Notes under the pieces: generated by a model
Database searches by the model: none
What the model was told of the DNA's origin: nothing
What the model saw: only the letters and a program-made list of their open reading frames with translations
Source: Craspedostauros australis
Taxonomy: Eukaryota
Direction: 5' to 3'
NCBI GenBank assembly: GCA_030167865.1
Contig: JALAGF010000198.1
Location: 1 to 53,092 of the forward strand
DNA: 53,092 nucleotides
Part shown: in pieces, positions 45,275 to 53,092 of the stretch
Numbering within the stretch: the first letter of the stretch is position 1
Layout of the letters: every line of letters begins with the position of its first letter
Translations under genes and position numbers: made by a program

Positions 45275-47782
45275 ATGGACATCAGCGAAGACAGCATTGA
45301 AAAGCTGGCATCCATTCGGGATTGCCGGTGGACGTCGACTTCGTTTGCGGCATTTGGAGACGATGATGGCAGCAGCGATGGTGGACAGGAGATTGTGATG
45401 AAGGGCGTGAGTGCAGAGGAGACCAAGTATCCATGCATCACGACCTCCAATCCCGCCACGGACGTCGTGGAGCTGAGACCGACGGGCGGCGCCTGGAGTC
45501 GGCAAAATTTACGGTACTGCTTCCATCCAGATCTCATCCTCAAGCAGACCCCAACTGCATCTTCGGATTCGACTTCCAGTGACTGTGTTTGGATGACGTT
45601 CCAGGCCAAGGCACGCGAGTCCATCTCCGTTGTCATTACGCCCTCCAAAATCAGCGTTGCTGCCCAACAGCAACAGCCAAGCACTGATGACAAAGATCCT
45701 TCAGCAGATGCCAACAACGACTCGACAACATCGACACCAATGCCAGATGGTTTACCACCATCGCAGCCTCCGCCCACGCAACCAGCAACAACAACAACAA
45801 CCAAGTCATTCCCATCCTTCCACAACCACATATCCTATCAAATACACATTGGGAACATGGGCAACACCAACACAACGTTGCAACGCAAGAACAATTCGGA
45901 ACGCATCGTGTCACGCCCTTGCTCCTCGCAAGACTGGGTGTCCTACTGGATCTGCCTCTCAATATCGCCATCATCAGATGTTGCCACCGTCAGACGACTG
46001 TACGTCGGAACAGGCACCAAGCTGGGATGGAATTGCATCGGTGTCTTGGACGATTCCTTTCATCCCAAAAGCAACGGCAAGTGCGATGCGACCAAAGATG
46101 CTCCCGCGGATGATGATGTCGGTGGTGAAAACAAAGCAGAGACACAAAATGATGAAATGACCGAACAACCGGAAGAAGAAACGAAGGAGGCAACTGCGGA
46201 CGATTCCACAAACAAGGACACTGAAAACAATGGCAACGACGATGGCAAGGCCAGGAGTCGGGATGATTCCCTTGCATGCTACTACGTTGGATTCAAGAAT
46301 ACGGCGCGCACAGGAGGCGAGAGATCAGGCGAATCGTTGATGCTGCGCAACATTGTCGTCTCCAACTCGCACCTTTCAGCTGCCGTCCAACAGCAACTGG
46401 ATTCCCTTCCGCTGAATGCAAACGAAGAAATGGACATTTGCTGCATGATCGATGACGAATCCACCAAGAAATTGCTGCGCGATTATCAGGCCGAGTGCCG
46501 AAAGCGACGTGCACGGGCCAAGAAGTTCGGCACGCCCTACGAGATACCCTCCTCCGCCAAGCTGCTTTCCTGGTCGGATGTCAAGCGCATGCGCACCACG
46601 CCGCAATTGCAGACCACAGACGGAATCATCACCGGCATCGATGTCTTGAGTCCGGAAGAATTGGCCAAGCAGGAGAAACGCAAGGCGCGATTCGCGGCCA
46701 TGAAAGCAGAGGGCGATGATGAGCAAGCCGGTGATGCCAATGCCGATGCAACCACGGGCGGCAGCACCATGATGGACGTGGATGACAATCGACTTCCTGT
46801 CAATCAGGCATGGGACAAAGAAATTCTCCTCTCGCCACATCGCATCCATCTGCCCCAGTCCTTGTGGAAGACTCCGCCACCCGCGCAACCGCAGTCACCA
46901 TTCCAAACGTCAGCCCCTGCCGCGCTTGTGGACACCAAAATCCACATTTCCGCCATTGATTGGTGCGCCTTCAAACAGATCCGTACCAACGACATCATGG
47001 CGCACTTCAACGACTACGGCCCCACCTACGTCGAATGGTTGGGTGATCTCAGCGCCAACGTCCATTTTGGCGACATGTTCGCCACGCGGCGTGCCTTGCA
47101 CAACGTCACGCAGGCCCTGCCGAGTCCACCACCGGATATCTCCGAACTCAACGTCTCCGTCAACAAGAGAACACCATCCAACTACACCGTGCCCGATCTG
47201 CACAACTACGGCTGGCGATTTTGTTTGCAGCCCATCCGGAAGGTAAGCATCGTGTTGCAAGTTTTGTGTGCCCTGGTTGAGGTTCGATTCGATTCGAGTG
47301 TCCTCATCGCGATACTTATCTTACATTTGCTTTGCACGTGCCCCATCACCTCTGCAATGCGCACTCGATCATTCCTGCCACAGATATCCAACGACCGCCA
47401 TGGATGTCGCAATACACGGGCGCGGTTTCTGGCACGTCCCGCAACCACATTGGATATTTTGGAAGAACGTCCATCGACCTGGCCAACACCGCCAGCCGGA
47501 TTTTCCACAGACCGAGTCATGGGTCCCAACAGCGATTACAATCATCTGACGAGCACTCAGAAATCCAACAAGAAGCGAGGACGCGGTGGTGGACAAAGCA
47601 GCAGCAACAACAGCAACGCAGTCGGGCAAAACAAACGAGAACGACGCGCGGAAACTGCGCCGAAGAAGCGCAAAACGCAGCAGCAACCAGCAGAAGTCAA
47701 GCGAGAAAGCATCACGGACCGTCTGTCACGCGGGTTATCTGCAAGCCGCGGCAGCAACTCGAAGGACGCCAAGAAAAAGTAG
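45275..47782 (+). CDS. NCBP3: NCBP3-like RRM protein with N-terminal farnesoic-acid O-methyltransferase-like domain; probable intron 47243-47383
   Basis: KIHISAIDW...TNDIMAHFNDYGPTYVEWLGDLSANVHF...RRAL matches the NCBP3 (DUF2414) RRM pattern. Also RRARAKKFG and KRKARF motifs, and YQIHIGNMGNT...YWI...LYVG in the N-half. AAG|GTAAGC...CCACAG|ATA splice signals. Confidence 0.75.
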   Translation: MDISEDSIEKLASIRDCRWTSTSFAAFGDDDGSSDGGQEIVMKGVSAEETKYPCITTSNPATDVVELRPTGGAWSRQNLRYCFHPDLILKQTPTASSDSTSSDCVWMTFQAKARESISVVITPSKISVAAQQQQPSTDDKDPSADANNDSTTSTPMPDGLPPSQPPPTQPATTTTTKSFPSFHNHISYQIHIGNMGNTNTTLQRKNNSERIVSRPCSSQDWVSYWICLSISPSSDVATVRRLYVGTGTKLGWNCIGVLDDSFHPKSNGKCDATKDAPADDDVGGENKAETQNDEMTEQPEEETKEATADDSTNKDTENNGNDDGKARSRDDSLACYYVGFKNTARTGGERSGESLMLRNIVVSNSHLSAAVQQQLDSLPLNANEEMDICCMIDDESTKKLLRDYQAECRKRRARAKKFGTPYEIPSSAKLLSWSDVKRMRTTPQLQTTDGIITGIDVLSPEELAKQEKRKARFAAMKAEGDDEQAGDANADATTGGSTMMDVDDNRLPVNQAWDKEILLSPHRIHLPQSLWKTPPPAQPQSPFQTSAPAALVDTKIHISAIDWCAFKQIRTNDIMAHFNDYGPTYVEWLGDLSANVHFGDMFATRRALHNVTQALPSPPPDISELNVSVNKRTPSNYTVPDLHNYGWRFCLQPIRKVSIVLQVLCALVEVRFDSSVLIAILILHLLCTCPITSAMRTRSFLPQISNDRHGCRNTRARFLARPATTLDILEERPSTWPTPPAGFSTDRVMGPNSDYNHLTSTQKSNKKRGRGGGQSSSNNSNAVGQNKRERRAETAPKKRKTQQQPAEVKRESITDRLSRGLSASRGSNSKDAKKK

Positions 47783-47813
47783 AAGTTTCTTTTGCATAGC
47801 TCCACTACGTTAT

Positions 47814-49175
47814 CTACAGATCCCATCCATTCAACGCCGAACACACCAACGAACCTTCCAGACAACTGTCGTGCACGTGGTACACCGGCGCCTTTTCGCC
47901 TCGGACACGGCACGTTCCTTCGCTCGGATCTACATGCGGGACGTACCGACACCCTCTTCTATTGCGAGTGCTGTTGCCATCGTTTGCATTGTTGCCACTG
48001 TTGCCGTTCAATGCGCTCTTCGCGTCATGATCGCCATCATCCAACAGATGACGAAACGCCCGAAATGCTGTCCTTTCATGATTCAGACGATTGCGTACCT
48101 TCCCCATCGTTTGGAATGCATCTCCCGACATGGATCGCAATCGCACAGCAAAGAAGTCAGTGTGCAGCTGCCTCGTTTTGGGACCGCACGAGACGAAGAT
48201 GCCATCGATTGTGGATTCCGTCATGGTACTTCGCAGCCATGCGCTGGATCGGATGAGCACATCTGGATTCAGCCGCACCAACCAATCGTTGCCGGTATCA
48301 ATCGTGCTGCTGCCATTGGATGAATGATGAGAACGAGGAATCCAACCTAGCTGGGTGCCAAGCTGCATGGCCTGATTTGCCATACATTGCTTGTAGTTGA
48401 CCGGCACCTTGAGCGGGTTCTTGCGTCGGTCGTTGATGCTGTCATCATCATGATTGTTGTTGTTGTTGTTGCTGCTGTTGTTGGCATTTGGTGCATTGGA
48501 ATGATGCTGTTGTTGTCTTCTGTTTGTGTATTGAACGCAGTTGCGCAAGTGTTCATCATGCGTGGGAAAGTGAAGGGCGTAGCTTGGATTACGTGCAAAG
48601 AGGTCATTCTGGAGATACTCCATCTCCACCAGAGGGATCGGCGTTATGTTGGTGGCAGCAACGATGATGTGTGCGGACTGCACCAGCGGAGACTGTTGGA
48701 CCAGCCTCGGCCAGCAGCAGTGAAAGTACCTCACGTGTTGCTGAGAGAAATGTGTTGTGATGTACAGATAGACCCTTGGCGTTGCTGGTGGTGGATGCAG
48801 TCGCATGATGTCTGCAACATGGCCATTGGGAACGGCGGCTTTGTGGCTGGGCTGTTGTTGCGAACCGTCAGGAAGGACGCCGCCCATCATTCTGTGATCC
48901 AACGGGGCTTCCGCTTGAGTGTGCGAAGTGGCCAAAGATGCCGACATCGACATGGACGTGGACGTATCTGCGAAGATCGTGATGGACTGATGAACAAGCT
49001 GGAACGAGCGAAAGGTGCGATAGACCACGGCAATGAATGCTACCGTAGCGATGACGATCACAGGGATTGGCTGTCCTCGGAGATATCGAGATCGAGACCG
49101 AGAACTGAAATGCGATGGCGGGTGTGCTCTTGATTGTCCCTGTCTGCGTGGTGCCATCCTCCCACCACTCATCAT
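47814..49175 (-). CDS. Type II membrane protein, putative glycosyltransferase-like (453 aa)
   Basis: Basic N-tail, single TM (PVIVIATVAFIAVVY), S/P stem, then globular part VYLYITTH...CCWP...DWLVRLNPDVLIR...LHTDFFAVR. The GT-A assignment is inferred from topology and the NPD motif after a hydrophobic strand. Confidence 0.7.
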   Translation of the reverse strand: MMSGGRMAPRRQGQSRAHPPSHFSSRSRSRYLRGQPIPVIVIATVAFIAVVYRTFRSFQLVHQSITIFADTSTSMSMSASLATSHTQAEAPLDHRMMGGVLPDGSQQQPSHKAAVPNGHVADIMRLHPPPATPRVYLYITTHFSQQHVRYFHCCWPRLVQQSPLVQSAHIIVAATNITPIPLVEMEYLQNDLFARNPSYALHFPTHDEHLRNCVQYTNRRQQQHHSNAPNANNSSNNNNNNHDDDSINDRRKNPLKVPVNYKQCMANQAMQLGTQLGWIPRSHHSSNGSSTIDTGNDWLVRLNPDVLIRSSAWLRSTMTESTIDGIFVSCGPKTRQLHTDFFAVRLRSMSGDAFQTMGKVRNRLNHERTAFRAFRHLLDDGDHDAKSALNGNSGNNANDGNSTRNRRGCRYVPHVDPSEGTCRVRGEKAPVYHVHDSCLEGSLVCSALNGWDL

Positions 49176-50712
49176 CGTCTCGTGCTGCTGCTGTTGTCGC
49201 TCCTGCGGTATTGGTAGCCTTCGCAGTCAATTCACTCACACCCAAGTCTTCATGATGAAATGGAAGGACAGCTGACGACGATGAGCGTTGATCAGACGAG
49301 ATTCGAAAAGATCAACACAGCGACCAGGAAAGACCGCGAAGTGGATGCTGACTGGAGGAGGTCTCTAGATGGTACGGGTATAATAACATTACACTCTGGA
49401 GTATTGCATTTGCCATCACATCCTTCCTCGCACTGTGGCATCCCCCTCCTCTTGATTTGGTTGGTTCTGTGTTGTTGTTGTTGTTTCGTTGCTGTTGTTG
49501 TGACTTCTGTTGTGCCTTTGCTGAAACCCCAATCCAAATAAACGAACAAACGCATCGAGGAGAGTGATTCTCCAGAATCTGGTCTGAAGAGAGAGATCCA
49601 ATGTCCTAAAATGGACGGACACGAACACGAACCAAACACGATTCGTTGTGACGAGACGCAATCGACATTTCGAAAATAACCTCCATTAACCGCCCATTCA
49701 CCAAACGCACATGTTCTATCTCGGTTCGCCACATTTTGGCAATCACCGTCCATCTCAATCGTGTCGCAGTTTTGGTGTTACTTTGTGTGGTGCCTTCCAG
49801 CGTTCTGCGTCGCCTTGCGCGCAGTCAGATGTTGATGGATGTTGATACATGGGAATGGGTGCTTTCCTCATCTCTCTCTGTGCTTCCCTCGCCGCTCCCC
49901 TCGCACGAGTACGAATACACCGTTGCGATGTTTCCCCATCGTGGCAACCTCTCAACTCCAACCTTGTTGAGGGAAGACATGATCGCTCGCGTTGCCACCT
50001 GTGCCGTCGCCGTTCCTGTGTGACCATGGAGACGGCGACTGCCGCACGACAACCCTCAACAATGGATGGGAAGATGAGCGTCGCATGACATCGTATCGCG
50101 CGACAGAATAGAAGAGAACACCAACAGCAGCATGGGCAGCATGGGCACCATGAGCAGCGGCATAGGTTGGGAGAACGGTGCAACGAGTACGCTGCCCCAC
50201 TGGCACACTCTCCTGCTCGCACACTGCCAACTCCGTCACTGACTGGTACCTACACCCGACCTTGCAGCCTCTTGAGGTTGGAGATGGTCACAAGTTATGT
50301 CAACCGCTTCCAAAGCAGCGTGAGCGTCGACCGGGATGACGATGAGGAAGAGGACGATATCATGACATGACATGACGACAGCATGCCGACGGCAACAGTA
50401 CTACGGCCATTACCAATGATCATTACCGCGCAGCTTCATTCGGATGCACTTGATGCGTGGCGCAGATCGCATCTGCAGGTTGGAGTGGATGGGTAGGCAA
50501 GAGCAAGGGTCTACTAGAGCAGTATCGTACTCGAAGAGTATCCGTACGAGTATTGCATTACATCATGTTGTATTGCATTGCGCCAAGTCTGTTCCTACGT
50601 ATGAGTAACGATGAGTCGACAATCCATGCTCATTCATTTTCTAATTGCTACCTAATGCTGCTCAGATCGATACTTCCTTGGAGTACTCTACTCTGTGCTT
50701 CCACATGTTTCC

Positions 50713-53091
50713 TCATGCTTCCTCATCTACTGATCCATCAGATATCGACACTGATACCTTCGTGTCTGATTCTTGCATGTCGCTGACCATCTTCCATGGG
50801 GCGTGCTCCACCAAGCCGGCGCCCTTCGTTGCTGATCCCTTCCTCATCAGTGCAAACGACATCTGGTGCATCAGACCATCGATGTAGGATGTTCCCACCG
50901 ACAACGTGGAAAACACACCGAAATGACCGCAGACGATGGAGTCATCAATCACTGTCCTGTCAGCAAATGTGAGCAGCGGAGCTTCATAGATGCGGAATCC
51001 AAAGAACAGCATCTTTCCCTGGATGGTCGCTCCTCGGAATCGCAACGCAGCGTTCATCATCGGTGTGCCCCAAACAACTGACTCGAAAGACCACGACTGA
51101 AAGAACTGGCTGTAGGTAAAGTAGACCATGTGCAATGAAATACACCATGGTCTTCCGCGTGCAACGCTTCCCAAGAGAGTGATGGTGACGATCACTCGAT
51201 AGAGAACGAGCCAGACGAAGGTCTGGATGATGGTGGATGCCGCAATGGCGATCGGAACCAGCGCCGTTGTCGTGTCTGGCTTGAGCGCGATTGCCAACAG
51301 CTCATATGATGGGATGAGGCTGGCCGCCACTGCCGCTAGCATGATGATATGCAGCAGGGTGTTGTTGATCATGAGCATCCAGAACTCGGATGTGGAGAGA
51401 GGCACGTTGCTTGGATGATGGTCGGTGTTGATGATATCGCTGGTGACGTGGGTGCCAGGAGTCACCATGGCTCTGCGGATGGTCACACCAGGGCCGCATG
51501 CCAGTGTCATGCCGATGGTGCTGTCTTCGATGGTGATCGCCTTGTATTGGCCATCTTCTTCGACATCGAGGTCACAAAAGGAGATGAAGGACCGCCTGAC
51601 CGTGACGAGGTCCAGCTTGGATGGGGGGAACAGCATTGTCATCGCTCTCGATCTCATATCGATGTCCATGCCGTGTGCCATGAGGACGAGGTTCCAAAGT
51701 TGGGAGAACATTGTCAAGTCGAGGACCAGTGTTGTTCCGACGAAGAAGTGGAAGTCGCAAGCCCAGTCAGAGAACTTGGAGAATGTCCCTGTCCGCGCTG
51801 GACCGGATCGCTTCTTGCCGATCAGCACCCACTTGAGGATGATGCTGGTGATCAAGAAGCAGGCGGACGTGAGGCCAAAGAGGACGATCCAGTAGACGAT
51901 GGGGGAGTACCTCCAATCTGGAAGCCCATCTCCGACCAACTGATCAGCAGCCACGAAGCATGCGAAGGCGAAGTACAGCTCGATGGCGAGCCAAACAAGC
52001 TTCATCGTTCCCAGCACGATCGATGGGCTGGTGGATTTGTCGGATGCCGTGTCCCCACTCGCTGTTCCAGTTGCGGATGCATCGTCATCGCCCTTGAGAG
52101 TCGACGAAGGAGCATCGACAAATGCTGGGTTGCCTCTGATTGAGGTGTTTGGTGGTGCTTGAGCACCTTCCACGAGCACGGATATGCACTGAACCTGGCA
52201 GCCAGAGCCGACGCTGGCTCCAGGAAGCAAGGCGCCATTGACCGTAGCGTTGGATCCAACCCGAGTCTTGCGAAACCTCACGCTGGGGCCTTCTTGCTCA
52301 TCCTTCCACGGGCCGAACACGCGGCATCGGATGTTTGTGTTGACCGTGGCGCCAGCATCAACCTTGACCAGGTCAAACTCCCGGACGGTCCCGTTCACGC
52401 TGGCCGAGCGATGGATGTCGGCACCCATCAGGTAGTAGAACAACGTCATCAAAGGTGTGTTGCCGATGATGCGGCCGACGAATCGTTCCCACATCTCGAC
52501 CAACCGATCGACGAACCACCACCTGATGAAATAGATGTTGGTCTGATTGGCGTACCCTTCTGTGTATCTGCCAATGACAATCCACTTCGAGAGGATAATC
52601 ACGAAGGTGAGCGTAATGGCCCAGACTGGGACGATCAAGGGTAGCAGCACCCATTCATGACCGGAGAGGACGTCGGAGTCGGCAATGGCTTTTCCAACTT
52701 CGTACGCTGGGACGATGGGGAGCGAGAAGATGAGGACCGCGACGAGCGCACCGATGGCCTGGATGATGGCGACGGTCGATTGGGACAGAAACTTCTCATT
52801 TGGGATGGAGAGGAGCCTCTTGAGGGTTGGGAGATTGGTTGGTAGGGGCTCTCCCTTTGATGCCTCGAGATAAGTCTTGAGATCCATCACTCTCGGAAAG
52901 AGCTGGATGATGTTTGCGGGAAGGGTCGTGTTGTATCGCTCAGAAAGGGACTGGCGGAGCTCCAGCTCCATCATGGAAGACAATCCAACATCCTTCCACT
53001 CATCATCGGGGCTGACTTCGGTTCCTGTACAGCTCTTCACAAGGTCATAGAAGTCCATCTCTTCGATGTTGACGTTCTCGATGATGGACAT
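50713..53091 (-). CDS. NRPS-like protein: phosphopantetheine carrier domain + Pls/PosA-type membrane-embedded triple terminal domain (probably 5'-truncated by the window)
   Basis: Carrier motif DEWKDVGLSSMMELELRQSL, then three units of paired TM helices followed by KWxxIG / TP....Y..MGA.I / beta-helix-like segments (LSKWIVIGRY..FIRWWFVDRL..NTPLMTLFYYLMGADI; ILKWVLIGKK; WGTPMMNAALRFRGATI). The frame is open to the window edge. Confidence 0.8.
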   Translation of the reverse strand: MSIIENVNIEEMDFYDLVKSCTGTEVSPDDEWKDVGLSSMMELELRQSLSERYNTTLPANIIQLFPRVMDLKTYLEASKGEPLPTNLPTLKRLLSIPNEKFLSQSTVAIIQAIGALVAVLIFSLPIVPAYEVGKAIADSDVLSGHEWVLLPLIVPVWAITLTFVIILSKWIVIGRYTEGYANQTNIYFIRWWFVDRLVEMWERFVGRIIGNTPLMTLFYYLMGADIHRSASVNGTVREFDLVKVDAGATVNTNIRCRVFGPWKDEQEGPSVRFRKTRVGSNATVNGALLPGASVGSGCQVQCISVLVEGAQAPPNTSIRGNPAFVDAPSSTLKGDDDASATGTASGDTASDKSTSPSIVLGTMKLVWLAIELYFAFACFVAADQLVGDGLPDWRYSPIVYWIVLFGLTSACFLITSIILKWVLIGKKRSGPARTGTFSKFSDWACDFHFFVGTTLVLDLTMFSQLWNLVLMAHGMDIDMRSRAMTMLFPPSKLDLVTVRRSFISFCDLDVEEDGQYKAITIEDSTIGMTLACGPGVTIRRAMVTPGTHVTSDIINTDHHPSNVPLSTSEFWMLMINNTLLHIIMLAAVAASLIPSYELLAIALKPDTTTALVPIAIAASTIIQTFVWLVLYRVIVTITLLGSVARGRPWCISLHMVYFTYSQFFQSWSFESVVWGTPMMNAALRFRGATIQGKMLFFGFRIYEAPLLTFADRTVIDDSIVCGHFGVFSTLSVGTSYIDGLMHQMSFALMRKGSATKGAGLVEHAPWKMVSDMQESDTKVSVSISDGSVDEEA

Positions 53092-53092
53092 T

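Noticed and set aside
15414-47782. Functional cluster of nucleic-acid-processing genes (RRP46, WRN-exo, EXO1, RPL21, NCBP3), or a DUF1800/1501 + cyclase 'operon'
   Set aside because: Eukaryotic genes interspersed with unrelated ones and no shared regulatory motif seen. Adjacency is not evidence without synteny or co-expression data.
5587-52873. Numerous long antisense and alternate-frame ORFs over the called genes
   Set aside because: Shadow ORFs expected from GC-rich third-position codon bias.
1-53092. tRNA, rRNA or other ncRNA genes
   Set aside because: None recognised by eye; tRNAscan-SE or Infernal would be needed to exclude small RNAs.

Overview
This is eukaryotic nuclear DNA with GT-AG spliceosomal introns and no operons. 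The gene families point to a diatom, probably a pennate (inference from family content). The first ~3.4 kb is CpG-depleted decayed repeat DNA: a diverged ~0.56-0.59 kb tandem duplication carrying hairpins, and the 3' remnant of a non-LTR retrotransposon. Thirteen protein genes follow: a diatom-type 'RGLE/VLDEQ' protein, a coiled-coil protein, a MORN-repeat protein, exosome RRP46, a WRN-type 3'-5' exonuclease, a ~2236-aa secreted DUF1800+DUF1501 fusion, two tandem receptor cyclase-phosphodiesterase fusions, an EXO1-like nuclease, RPL21, an NCBP3-like protein, a glycosyltransferase-like type II membrane protein, and a carrier-protein + Pls/PosA-type membrane NRPS-like gene that probably runs off the window end. 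The best candidates for new biology are three: (1) the DUF1800-DUF1501 surface protein, which has an embedded cytochrome b5-like bis-His module and a GPI-like tail; (2) the poly-amino-acid-synthetase-like NRPS; (3) the cyclase/PDE pair, which has homogenised catalytic domains but diverged sensor domains. All domain calls come from reading motifs by eye; no searches were run.
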